A DNA stretch of 64,000 nucleotides, from the NCBI GenBank assembly GCA_964016885.1, contig OZ024740.1, forward strand, positions 59,458,001-59,522,000, given 5' to 3'. Position numbers and translations under genes: made by a program. The notes under the pieces are model-generated. The model was not told the origin of the DNA. It ran no database searches and saw nothing but the letters and a program-made list of their open reading frames with translations. This stretch comes from Eledone cirrhosa (taxonomy: Eukaryota). Positions 22,265 to 35,502 of this stretch are shown here, one piece after another (position 1 is the first letter of the stretch; the number at the start of each line of letters is the position of its first letter).

Positions 22265-25197
22265 GATAGATATAGGTATGGATAGATAGATATATGTATA
22301 AATAGATAGATAAATTTCTTTATTAGCCACAAGGGCACAAAAGAAGGGGACAAATACAAATGGTGAGTTTACATACAGGTATATGAAAATAAAACTATTA
22401 ATAAAATAACAAATAACAATTGAAATCCCCAATAGGGGGGAGGCGTTACACAGGGGTTGTACACACCCCGAAAAAATGTACAACCCTCATCTCCAGGAGC
22501 ACCAAGAGTGCTCCCTTCCTTTCTTCCTCTTTTTCCTCAACCTACAGACTTATATAGAGAGAAGGCCCAACCACTCGGGCCATCTTTGCTACATTCACCC
22601 ACCTTTTATAAAATTTGCTGGGGTACAGCACCTCTCTCTCCATCCTGATTCTTCTTCCAAAATGATATTTGAAAAAACGAATCAGTTGCTCGCCGGAGAG
22701 AAAGGTGTCTGACCTCAGCACTTTTAACCTCGTCCACCATATAACCTCTTTCACCATAGCCATAACACATAGGAAAACCGCCTCTCCCTCGTTTTTGAAG
22801 GAGGGTGGCGGTTTGATCATGACAATGGACTCGGTGGTCAACTGGATTAGTCCCACCCGCGACAATAGTCGTTCTACATAGCCAGCCCCACAGGTCGGTA
22901 ACGACCGGGCAGTGTACAAATGCGTGCGCGACGGTTTCCTCGTCACGCACGCATCTCGGACAGATATTTTTCGAAGGGTCCCTGCCCGGGCGCCCGTGTC
23001 TGTAGAGCTTGTCTCGAACTGGTAGAGCTCCTCGGTAGCACTGCCAGGCAGGGTCTTTTGGAAGTTGTCCATTGGTCCCGGGCGGAAGGTCCTACCGAAC
23101 AGACTGGCCAGTTCGTCCTCCTCTACGCCTAGAGTTTCTCCGAGCGCGTCGTCGCACTTGCTGCGGACCAACTCTCTATAGAATGTCGAAGTGGAGCCTC
23201 CACTGATCGCCGGGTCCGTTTGCCAGAGGACTGTGAGCGCCTGAGCACATTCGATGTGCCAGTCGCCCATTTTCCTCGGTCTTTGCTTGACCCAGGACAG
23301 CAGCTCGGTCAACGAGACGAGTCGTGGGAAGGCTCGCCTCACGAACGGGGCCCACACCGGTTGTCCGGTGAGGAATACGTGGAGGTGCCGCAACCTGAGC
23401 GCGTGTTTGAGCATCGTCAGCCACGGCATCCCCAGCCCTCCGTTTGAAGGGTGTTGGCAGCAGATGGATCTTCTCACCAAAGGAGCTCGTTTCTTCCAAA
23501 GGAATTGGAAGAGCTCGCGCTCGATTTTGGCGAGCGTTTTGGCTGGACAAGGCACGACGGTCAAGCGGTAGTAGATGACGGATGCTATAAAAGTGTTCGC
23601 CACCTCCGCTCGTCCTTTCAAGGATAGTTTGCACTCGGCCCACTTCTGGGTGAGCGCAAACACCTTGGCCGTCACCTCGTTCCAGTTCTTCTCCACTTGG
23701 AGGTCCGGACCGAACCAGACCACGGTCCTTCCGTCCAGCGTCCGACTACGCCATCGGAATGCATCGGTTTGCCTCTCCACGTTCTGAATTGCAAACTGAC
23801 AGATTTGTCCCGGTTCAGCTTCGCTCCTGTGAACCTTTCGTATTCCTCCAGTAAGGTGCCGACCTCCCCGATTTGCGAGGTACTTGACACCATTACTGTC
23901 ACGTCGTCGGCGTAGGCTGACGCCGCTTTTCGCAGTCTCGGTTCCAAAGGGATGCCCTGCAATAGCTCCAACTTCCGCAGTAGTGGCTCGAGAGTCAGTA
24001 CGTACAGAAGGGAGGAGAGAGGGCATCCCTGTCGGGTGGACCGCGTGATATGGAACGGCTCCGAGAGGTAGCCGTTCACCTTGACCCTTGAGCAGTGGTG
24101 GTGCTGTGCATTGCAGCAATCCAGCCCCTGAGCACGGGTCCAAAGCCTGCCACCTCGTGCACCGCATCCAGGTAACGATGGTCAACCCTATCGAAAGCCT
24201 TAGACTGATCCAAGTTGATCAAGGCCCCACCGAAGCCGGGTTTACACCCTACCCTCTCTATGATGTATCGCATGAGGTGGAGGTTGTCGTGTATGGACCT
24301 GGTCGGGATTGCGCATGTCTGCGCTTCTCCCACCAGGTCTTCGACGACAAGCGTCAGCCTCTTTGCCAACACCTTGGCCAAAATCTGTAACTCTGTGTTT
24401 AGCAGAGTTATGGGCCGGAAGTTGCCTATGTCATCCCCCTTATTCTCGTCCTTCCTGACTAACGTGACTACGCCCTTGGTCATAGAACTGCCAGTTGCAG
24501 TAGACCGCTTCCAGGATACCGGAGAACAAGTCCGGCATTGCAACGTAAAATTCGTAGGGTAGACCGTCGAGACCTGGAGATTTGCGTTTGCTGCATTGGC
24601 TCAGCGCGTCCCCTATCTCAGCGGCCGAAATCGGCCTTTCGCAGAACTTCGCCTCGCTGTCCGAGAGTCGCGGTAGGCCGTCGAGGTATGGACCGAAATC
24701 CATAGCCCCTCCTGGCGCGCCGCCCTGCCCGAACAGTTGAGCAAAGTGCCGCTGAAAGGCCGCGCACATCTGCTTCGGCTCACGTATCACGCGTCTGTCT
24801 TGGTCCTTCAAAGACCGAATCGTGCACTTGTTGCCACTTTTCGCCTCCGTCACTCGGGCCCAGCTAACAGCTTTGGCTCCCTCGTTTCCCAGAGCACGTA
24901 TTTTGCTTCTGACAACGCAGCCTTCATGCTTTGCGTCGAAAAACTGGCCCAAGGCCGTTCTTGTCGCTAGCACGCTGGCTACGTTTCCACTCCTAAGTGC
25001 CTCTTCGACTTTCGGTTTTAGTTCTATCTAACACTAATTCTTTACTAAAACTTATCGAGTCTAATCTAACTGCCCTCTTGAGAGAGTACCACCATCTGTT
25101 GTTGACAATGGCCCCCGTCAAGTGCTGCTTAACTAAAGTGCTAATCCGTCTACTGTAGGCTTTGCATGTCGGTAACGACAAGTTCAGCTTGTTTAAA
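22262..25197 (-). mobile_element. Tx1/L1-clade LINE, frameshifted ORF2, 5' truncated
   Basis: ORF pieces closely similar to 8277-11696 (KSPGLDG, DQSKAFDRVDH, AYADD); AATAAA and (TATC)n tail. Confidence 0.92.
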
Positions 25198-25530
25198 TAG
25201 ATAGATAGATAGATTTCTTTATTAGCCACAAGGGCGCAACAAGAAAGGGGACAATGCAAAGACATGCCGGGGATTTTACATACAGTCGTGTAAAAAATAT
25301 AAAAACAAACAATTTCAACAATCGAAATCCCCAATAGAGGGGAGGCGCCACAAATGGGTTGTTTAATACCCCGTCGATAGAACAACCCTCAACTCGAGGA
25401 GCGTGTTGTGCAAGTGCTCCTTTCTTCCTTTTGCTCTCTTGCTCAACCTACAGGATTATAAACAGAGAAGGCCCAATCACTCGGGCCATTTTCGCTTCAT
25501 TCACCCACCTTTCAGTAAATTTACTGGGAA
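25198..25530 (-). mobile_element. Tx1 3'-end fragment
   Basis: KFTERWVNEAKMARVIGPSLFIIL*, 3'UTR, AATAAAG and (TATC)n; abuts the previous copy. Confidence 0.85.
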
Positions 25531-25679
25531 CTGTACATGTACGTCAATACTCATCTTTTTCCATTCCTTAGAGGGTTCTAAACCCCATTATCAAGCTAAA
25601 ATTCTTTAGTAAAAATACAGCGAAATCTTCTATTTCTATTTTCAAATTCGCTCACTTTTTCAAAACATACTTACTTGTC

Positions 25680-25742
<63 letters not shown>

Positions 25743-27298
25743 CATATATATGTGTGTGTGTGTGTGTGTTAATTACTAAGTAGACATAAAAAAGAGAAAG
25801 TATTAGCTCTAAAATGTGGCCATGTAGGTGGTGAAGTGGGTTAACTTAGTTGCGTAATAAATACTTCACATAGTGACTACATTTTATAAAATATATGGGT
25901 TGAGTATTTAAATAGTGGTTATAATTACATAGCATTTAAATAATGAGGTTGTTTTTCACCTGTGCAAAATACTTTTTATTTCCGTTCATGTAAGTTCCTT
26001 GCCTACCAATAATCTTCCATTTGATATTGTAATTAGATGTATTTTCTCTTAATTAAGAAAATTTTGTCCCATTTCTCTTTGCAATGGTTCAAAAGATGAA
26101 GAGTAATTGTAATACCTCTGTTTTAACCTACCTTCAGTACTGTTAATGGGGTGTTAGTGTACTTCACTGAGTTTCCTTTTGTTACAGTTTTCCTCTATTT
26201 CAGATATGATGGATTCTGTATTACAACGGATTTTGTTGGTTGCAATAGAAAAACTGTTAGCCCCCCCCCCTCGCCCAAAATAAAAATGAATAAATAAATA
26301 AATAAAATAAAAATAATAATAATAATTGAAAGAAAGAAAAACAAGCATACAAACATACATTTAATGGATGTCGATTGAATACGACCACATCTTTAGCTCC
26401 TTTCTTCTTTCCTTTTAAAGATATACCACTTTATCATGGGCCCTCAAGATAATAAAGACAAACTCATCTGGCAACACTATGAAATGAAACCACCTTTTTT
26501 AAAGGGTTCTTATTTAAATTAAAGAATTTTTATCTAAATATAAATTCCTTCAATGAAATTTCATATGAGAGGATTTTGTTATCATTTTAATAAAGAAATA
26601 ATAATTTAAATAAATTCCTCCAAATTCTTCATTAATACAAATAGAGTGTTCCGTGCAGTTTATTAGAAATATGACGATGAAAGGAATAAACTGAAGAACT
26701 GTGGAAGAAAAGGAAAGAAATTTCTCAATAATTAGCCTTCAAGGATAATAGTCATGGGTATAAAGCATGTTCAAACAAAAGCAATCTGAAATAAGTTTCA
26801 TTTCTCAGCATTCAATGCTGTCAAATTAATGGCAGAGGTTGCAAATAGCCTATTATACAAATAACTGAAGTACATCCTTGAAATCCATTCCCACACGCCA
26901 AAAGAAAACTTACTGATTACAAACTATTAACGATCACACTGCTTCTTTAAATGTTAAAATTAAAGCTAATGAATGATCTCTTGGAAAATTCTGTGACTCC
27001 ATGTATGCTTATTGGGACACTTCTCATTGATAGCATTTTGTGAGTAGGCAATTACTTTTGAATTGATAAAATACATAATTACGCTATTATTTTTATTATT
27101 TTATTTTTTATTATTACATATTTATTTATTTATTTTATTTTATTTTATTTTATTTTGCTTTTTATGATTTCAGTAAGATTTGAATTCATAACTTAAAAGT
27201 GGGTTCTTAAATAATCCATGAAATGTTTATGTTTATATAATGGCAGAAGTCAAATGCATAACTTGATAATAAAGGAAGAAGAAGGAAGAAGAAAAATG

Positions 27299-27370
27299 AA
27301 AGCTGGAAAATATGGGGATCAAACCCACAGCATTCATATTGTTGCTTTAATTAACTGAGCTAACCAGCCT
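27299..27370 (-). mobile_element. Old tRNA-like SINE head (second copy at ~27681-27750)
   Basis: Reverse complement GGCTGGTTAGCTCAGTTAATT..GGGTTTGATCCCC. Confidence 0.4.
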
Positions 27371-27959
27371 TTTCATTATTTAGACTTTAGAAATTAAGGA
27401 GTAGTGGGAACATACATAAAGATAAACATTTAGAAATATATAATAGATTATGGCTCAATTTCCAAGGAGTTATTGATATATTTGAAAAGAGAGAAAGAGA
27501 AAAAAGAAACAGGCAACTAGAGATTTAATACAATATATATTTCGTTTAATGAATCAAGTAAAGGTTAAAGTATACTTTATGTTCACATAATGAAGATAAA
27601 GTCGATTTCAATGGGAATCAAACTCATAAATTAAATGTGTGCACCTTGATAATAAGGGAATAAGAAGAAATAAGAACATTGAAAGCTGGCAAATATGAGG
27701 TTCAAACCTATGAGATGAACATTATTAGCATGATGATTTAATTAACTGAGGATTCAGAGGCCAGAATTTATCTAGCTAATCTCTCTTTACGGACGATTTG
27801 TCGATTTGAGAATGTAAGCAAAACACTTGTCTTTCCATCTATTCCATAGTCCATTGATGAGCAGTGTTTTAAACTTCTATTTATGCCAGTCTAGAATTCT
27901 AATTCTCCGTTTTTCTCTCGGATTTTGAATTAATATTTTACCTGTTTTTAATAATATGT

Positions 27960-30900
27960 CTCATTCTGTTGGACCTTTCCTAAAAACTAACCTTCTCCTA
28001 AAGTTACCCATTTCCCGCCCTGCCACCCCTGCTCACCACAATTGCTTTATGGTCCAATCATAACTCAGCGGTTTATAGTAAGTTTTCTTAGAAATCAGTA
28101 TAGCAAAGCTACCACCTCGGTTATTACTCCTTAAGTTTAGACCTGGTTCATTTTCGGTTTGCTAGGTGGACTGCGGAATTTGGAAAGTCTGAACACTCAA
28201 TGTCAATGTCACAGATAAAGATAAATTCACCTCCCACTGCAGGACGAGAATGCAAGGACCCCTCTTTGTTTCAGACACGAATGACCAACATAATTCCGTC
28301 TTCCACACCCCTTCCTGCCTCTCCAACCCATCCATCCCAGCCTCCCAACTTCAGAGTTGGTACCATGAACGTAGGCACATTGAAAGGTCGCTCAAACGAG
28401 GTTGTAGAGATTCTTGAACGTAAAGAAGTTGATGTTTGTTGTATTCAAGAGACTAGGCGGAGAGATGGGTCTGCTAGATTCATCGTGGGTAAAAAACGAT
28501 GCTATAAACTTTTCTGGGTGGGAAATGACACCGGACTGGGTGGTGTAGGAATTATGTAAGCTGAAAAATGGGTAGATAAGGTAATTGACGTAAATAGAGT
28601 GAATGACAGAATAATCAAAATAAGACTAGTTCTAAATAGAACTATTGTGACAATAATATCCGCTTATTCACCCAAATCTGGTCTACCTGACATTATAAAG
28701 GACAGGTTCTATGAGTCGCTAATGCACACTACCTCCCAAATAACCGACAGCGACTACTTAATTATTGCTGGCGACCTAAACGGTCACGTTGGACAACATA
28801 GTGATGGCTATGAAGGAATCCATGGAGGCTATGGGTTTGGAAATAGAAATGAGGAAGGTTTCAGAATCCTGGAATTCTGGGATGCTAATAACCTAACTAT
28901 CAGTAACACAAACTTCAAAAAACGAGAAAATCACTTGATCACCTATAGATCAGGGGAACACGCCCGCCAGATAGATAGATTATATCCTTACTAGAAGACA
29001 TGACAAAGTGTCTGTTGTGAATGGGGGAAGTAGAGAACACTATCAAGTGGCCAGGAGAGAAGCTAGGAGACAAGTGTACCTTGCAAAAAGGGAAGCAGGG
29101 GATAGAAAGCTCAAGCATGTTCTACGTGAGGACCAAAAACGTGAGGTGTTCAGAATTGCTAGACAATGTGTCAAGGAAAACTGTGATATTGTCAGGGAGA
29201 AGTGTGTCCGTAATGATAACGGTGTACTTGCCCTCACTGATACTGATAAGAAGATAGCCTGGAAGTGTCACTATGAGAGACTATTAAATGAGGAGAATAA
29301 ATGGGAAAAAGATAGTCTGCCCCAAATTGATCCAATAGAAGGACCAGTGGTGCAAGTTAAAGGTAGTATAATAAGTAAGGCAATCAAAGATGTGAAGACA
29401 GGCAAGGCAGCTGGGCCTTCGGAGATAGTTGCTGAGATGTTGAAGGCATCTGGAATGGTGGGACACACTATGGTCACCCGTATAGTAAACCAAGTAAGAC
29501 AGAATGGGGTCATACCAAAAGACTGGCGTAGCAACATCATCATTAACTGCTACAAGGATAAAGGGGATGATGCTCTAGATAGCGGAAACTATAGAGGCAT
29601 TAAGTTAGTTGACCAGGTCATGAAGGTCACAGAAAGAGTTATAGCGCAACTAATTAGAGAGTGAATTGATCTAGATGAAATGCAGTTTGGGTTTGTGTCA
29701 GGTAAAAGTACCACAGACGCTCTTTTCCTTGTACGACAACTACAGGAGAAGTACCTAGCTAAAAGTAAACCCCACTACTTAGCTTTTGTAGACCTGGAGA
29801 AAGCCTTTGACAGAGTCCCCCGCTCCATTATCTGGTAGGCTTTTAGAAAACTAGGTGTAGATGACTGGCTTATGAGAGCTATACAAGCCATGTATAAAGA
29901 AACAGTCAGTAAGGTTAGAATTAACAATGTATATAGTCAAAAATTTAGTGTAAAAGTTGGTGTTCATCAAGGCTCTGTCCTTAGCCTCCTCCTATTAATT
30001 ATTGCCCTTCAGGTTATAACAGAGAAGTTTAAGACCGGCTGCCCATGGGAACTCCTATACGCAGATGGTCTAACGCTCATAGCTGAATCTATGGCTGAAC
30101 TAGAGAAGAAATTCCAAACATGGAAGCATGGCATAGAATCAAAAAGCCTTAAAGTTAACTTGTCTAAGACTAAGGTTCTAGTTTGTAGAAAGGAAAATGG
30201 GACACAGGTGCCCTCAAGGAAATGGCCATGCTCAGTGTGTAAGAAAGGAGTAGGTAGAAATTCTATTTTATGTCCCAAATGCAAACTATGGGTACATAAA
30301 AGATTTAGTGGGATCACAGGTAAACTATCTAAGAACGTAGATTTTATATGTGGCCGATGCTCAGGTGCAATAAGTAGCAGCAAGTGCCCACAGGATACTA
30401 GCTCCTTCTATTGCCCAGATGGTTCTATAGAAATAGTGGACACTTTCTGTTACTTATGTGACAAAATCAGCAGTGGTGGAGGGTGCTCTGAAAGTACTGT
30501 AGCTAGAGTCCGAACGGGATGGAAAAAGTTCAGAGAGCTTATAACTCTGTTGGCCACAAAAGGTTTCTCTCTAAAAATGAAAGGCAAATTGTATGATGCC
30601 TGTATATGAACAGCAATGCTACATGGCAGCAATGCTACATTGTGTGCAGAGGACCTGCGCAGATTGGAAAGGAATGAAGAATGCATGCTCCGTTGGATGT
30701 GTAATAGTAATATACGTGAATATCAAAGCATCAATGAACTAAGTGAGAAATTAGGAATAAGAGGGATCAGATGCTGTTTACTCGAGAAAAGACTACGTTG
30801 GTATGGTCACGTGATGCGCATGAAAGATGACAGCTGTATAAAAAAGTGCAGGGCGATCAAAATTGATGGAAGTTACGGAGTAGGTAGACCCAGAAAAACC

Positions 30901-31434
30901 TGGGATGATTTGATAAATTCCGACCTTACACACTTGTACCTCTCCAAGACAATGTCACTGGACCGAGATCTTTGGTGCTACGCAGTAATACAGAAGACCC
31001 ACCTTGCCTATGTACAAAGCAAAACCTACAGTCAGTAGGCACCTCTTAACCAAATATACACCCCAATCCACTACCTCTACTCTATCCTCCCACTCCCACC
31101 AACACCACCCTCTCTCTGTAAAGTTGGTACCACAACATTCAGTCCAAATAAATGAGATAATGAGATCAAGATCGAGATCGTGTAGGTGTCACAACAAAAA
31201 ACACACAGTCCACGCTGTAATGTGGCCATGTAGGCAACACGGTAAAAAGTTCCCAGTCCACACTGTAAATGTGGTTGGTGTTAGGAAGGGCATCCAGCCG
31301 TAGAAAACCTGCCAGATAGCACTATATGAGCGAGACACGGTCATCCGACCAACCTTGCCTCAAGTGGGACAACTCCCGTCTAACCCATGCTAGCGTGGAA
31401 GATGGACGTAAACGAAGATGATGATGATGATGAT
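27960..31434 (+). mobile_element. Near full-length RTE LINE (APE + RT + PHD-like finger), inactivated
   Basis: GTMNVGTL, CIQET, AGDLNGHVG; internal deletion at ~29005; NYRGIKL, DLEKAFDRVP, HQGSVLS, LLYADG; Cys-rich segment; GRPRKTW; (GAT)n tail; several stops; 5' boundary approximate. Confidence 0.92.
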
Positions 31435-31649
31435 ACTGGTCTTTCATTATTTTGATTTCAGAAATTTAGGAGTAGATACGCAGATATCACACAGACACAC
31501 ACACACACACACCCAGAGGCAAACATTTATAAATATATAGAAAATGTATGTATATGAATATGTATATGTATGTTTGCATAATGTCTTGTAGCTGTAATTT
31601 CCTAATTAGATGTGCCCAACCTATGCTAGTATGGAAACATTAACATTAA

Positions 31650-32099
31650 CCCTTTAAACCGGCCAGAATTCTCTCTAAACCTCTTTCTGTTCAAACCAGC
31701 CACTCATACCGATGTTAAATATTGTTCTCAAAATAAATAACATCAAAATCTCATAGATTCGATATTATGTGAGATAAAGGCTTTACCACAATAATACAAC
31801 AGTATATATAGAGTAGTGAAGGCGCATGGCTTAGTGGTTAAAGCATTGGGCTTGCAATCAAAGGGTTGTGATTTCAATTCTCGGACCGGGTGATGTGTTG
31901 TTTCCTTGAGCAAGACACTTTATTTTACGTTGCTCTAGTTTACTCAGCTGTAGAAATGAGTACCGGCCTGCCTGCCCAACCAGTGGGATGGCGTTATCTT
32001 ACGGCTAAAACAGCATGACGTGCTGTGACCAGCAGCGCTGATTGCCACCCGACAGACTGGTCGGTCAAGGTGATATAGAGTAATGTAAATGCTAAAGGG
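31650..32099. mobile_element. piggyBac-type MITE carrying a SINE insertion
   Basis: TTAA|CCCTTTA ... AATGCTAAAGGG|TTAA; homologous to 48324-48547 in the opposite orientation. Confidence 0.8.
31816..32072 (+). mobile_element. tRNA-derived SINE, third tail type
   Basis: Same head and core; 10-bp TSD ATATAGAGTA at 31806-31815 and 32073-32082. Confidence 0.85.
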
Positions 32100-32706
32100 T
32101 TAAATGACAATGACATGTCTTTTCTGGTTTTGTGATGCCCAACTTCTCAAGATTAGTGTTGAGATCATCAGTTACAAATCTACGTTCTGATTAAATACTG
32201 GAATAAATCTAAAGTTATAGTCTGAATGGAGTAACTATAGATCTCATTAGTTTAGCATAGATATTTTCCTTTTCACTAATCATTACCATTATATTAACAT
32301 CTGCTGGGCAGCTGCTATGCAGGACTCTGCACAGTTCTTTTTTCTGTTCCAGATTATCAGATCTGATCTAGTTTGTTTACATTTTGCAGAGGTCTTAAGA
32401 GGAATTGTCTACCAGTGTTATTTCTTTCATATTACAAGTGATTATGTCCTCCATATCACTGTAACTTATTATATTTTTAGGTTCAGGACTATCCTTTCTT
32501 CAGATAGAGTTGTACAATGTTTTAGCCACATCACCTTTAACCCCTGAGTTAAATGATACAGTGACGATATTTTCAGACAACTGCTTATGATGTGGGTTAC
32601 ATCCTTAATGTAAATTCCACATACATAAATACATACACACATACATACATACATACATACATACATACATACATACATAAATACATACACACATACATAC
32701 ACACAT

Positions 32707-33312
32707 GGTGGCTGCCAACTCGTTTTCGAGTACGGCCACTCTTTATATCCATGTAGGAGAACCCCTACCGATGCGCTGAACGAGTGTGACTTTTTAGTCC
32801 AGCCAGCGACTTGAAAACTCTGGTACAAACACTACACTTGTGACAATTATTGATACATAGTGCTGGGCCCATGGTACCATGTGATGACAAGTGCAGAGAG
32901 ATCTCCAGATATAAAGCAATGCCTGTGCCGTGAAGCTTTTATAGTGAGCAAAGGCACTGCACAAAGCCTGTCCCACTCTCTTAACCAAGATGATATTTAC
33001 CAAAAAGAAGAACAAGTCAACATCATTGGATACCATCAGGGTTGCAGGTGTTATATCAGAGTTTTCCTTCTCCTAGAATTCTGCCTTGACAAAGGCTAAG
33101 GGGTCATCTCTCCCGGTGATTTTGGATGGCCATTGACTCTTAAGTGGTCCTTTGCCCTTTGACAGGTTTTGTTTTTAGTCCTGCAGGACGTCCAAAGTCA
33201 CCCTCCTCACCAAGAAACCTTGGTGGGGTTGCCAGTTTAGTTGCCAACGACCCGACCATGAGACAGGTTGTACTAGGCTACATGTTACCAGTAGCACCAA
33301 CTGGTGACCTGA
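32707..33312 (-). mobile_element. Non-autonomous retroelement family X (structured head, hairpin 3' end, (ATGT)n tail)
   Basis: Near-identical inverted copies at 57624-58028 and 58041-58625. Confidence 0.8.
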
Positions 33313-33443
33313 CATACATACATACATACACACATACATACACACATACATACATACATACATACATACATACATACATACATACATACATACATACATA
33401 CATACATACATACATACGTACGTACGTACATACATACATACAT

Positions 33444-34069
33444 GATGGCTGCCCCCTCGTTATCGAGTATGGCCATTACACGATATAACATTATTAATAA
33501 TTATTAATTAATTCTATCGTGCAATGCCTGTGCGTGAAGATATTTTTTTAAAGTGAGGAAAGACTGTGCACTGAGCCAATCCCACTCTCTGAGCGACAGC
33601 AGCCATAACCTGAAAAGAAGAAAAGATCAACATCATCGGTAACTACTGAGCCACAGGTTTTATATCGGAGTTATCCTAGTTTCCTGAGTTGCCTTCTCCT
33701 AGAAGAATGCCCTGAGAAAGGCTAGGGGTCCTTCACTCCCAGTGGTTTAACCGCACGATCAGGTGTCCAGCCTGACTATTTCTATGTCCCCATGCATATT
33801 CATACACATGCACCCATGTATATACACATATACATATACATACATATGTACATGTGTATATACATATTTACACACTTTTGGATGGCCGTTGACCCTTATG
33901 AGTTCTTCCGCCCTTTGTCAGGTTTTGTTTTTTGTCCTGCAGGGTGTCCAAAATCACCCCCCTTACCAAGTAAATTTGGTGGGGTTGCCAATTTAGTCGC
34001 CGACGACCCGACGATGTGACAGGTTGTACTGGGTTACATGTTACCAGTAGCACTCAAGAGTGAGCCAAC
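33444..34069 (-). mobile_element. Non-autonomous retroelement family Y (ends related to family X)
   Basis: Copies at 58998-59340 and 59359-60224, plus a 3' scrap at ~7941-7980. Confidence 0.8.
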
Positions 34070-34818
34070 ACACATACATACAGAAATACATATGTATATA
34101 TGTGTGTATGTGAGGAGAAAGAGAAATACAATTTCACAGACATACACACACTTATAATAGTTGTAATAGTTGTGTGTGTGTGTGTGTGTGTGTATGTTTG
34201 CATTTATGGCTATATGAGTGTAAAGGTGTGAGAGCTATATCACACTAGAATAGTTTTAGTGTCAAATTTAAAGACTGTTATAAACATACTGTTCTATTAA
34301 TAGTGTGATAGTTATGGAAACATGATAAAATACCATCAATAGTAGAAACAATTATCTCTATATTGTGAATATATTCTATTTGCCATCCTAGTATTTAACA
34401 TGATGACATCGCTATATATTATCTTTTGGATGCTGGTATTTATATCCGTATTGTGTATTAGTGAAATTATTTTATGTTTAAATATATATTAATGATGTGG
34501 TACCATATAAAATGTATAATTGGGATATATGACAAAATCAGTTGAGAGGTATTAAAAATATCGTAACGAAACAACTTGTAATATTTAGTATGTCTCAGAG
34601 TTTTAACTGTTCTGTTGTTGATCTCTATTTAATAAAAACATCTTTCTGGGATCAGTGAAACAAATACCAACCAAATACTGCTTGTTCAATTAACTAGATT
34701 CCTTCCTCAACAATTTGGGAACTTATGCTATAAAATCTTTAATCAATGGTGATTTTAATATAGAACTTTATCAAAAGACCTTTATTATTCTATAATTACT
34801 GCTTACTCACTGTCTTAA

Positions 34819-35502
34819 CCCTTTACCATTTACATTACTCACACACTTACACCTCTCCAAGACAATGTCACTGGACCGAGACCTTTGGCGGTACTCAGTA
34901 ATAGAGAAGACCCGCCTTACCTCAATACAAAGTAAAACCTACTACAGTCAGTAGGCATCTCTAACAAAATACACCCCCGTCCCACCTCCCCCACCCCATC
35001 CACACCGCCCCTTTCAATGTAAAGTTATGTTGGTGCCACAACATCCAGGCCGAAACAAATGAGATCGTGTAGGTGTCACGACAAAAAAGCACACAGTCCA
35101 CGCTGTAATGTGGCCGTGTAGGCAACACGGTAAAAACCTCCCAGCCCCACACTGTAAACGTGGTTGGTGTTAGGAAGGGCATCCAGCCGTAGAAAACCCG
35201 CCAGACAGTCCTATGTGAGCAACGACAACCACTCTTGCCTCAAGTGGGAAAACTCCTGTCCAAACCCATGCAAGCGTGGAACATGGACGTTAAACGATGA
35301 TGATGATGATGATGATGATATATACTATTATATTTTCATCGTAAAGACTTTATCTCACATAATATTGAATCTATGAGATTTTGATATTATTTATTTTGAT
35401 AACAATACCCTAACACCGGTATGATTGACCAGTTACAGCTGGTTTGAACAGAAAGAGGTGAGAACATTCTGGCCAGATACAGCCAGTTTAAATGCTAAAG
35501 GC
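34819..35502. mobile_element. piggyBac-type MITE interrupted by an RTE 3' fragment (~34841-35318, + strand)
   Basis: TTAA|CCCTTTACCATTT ... AAATGCTAAAGGC|TTAA; insert matches 30930-31430. Confidence 0.8.

Noticed and set aside
33240-33312. Twister ribozyme reading of the family X/Y head (TAA CATG..CAG TACAAC CTG..CATG)
   Set aside because: Loop 4 is too short and the two pseudoknots cannot be formed; the HDV-like reading fits better
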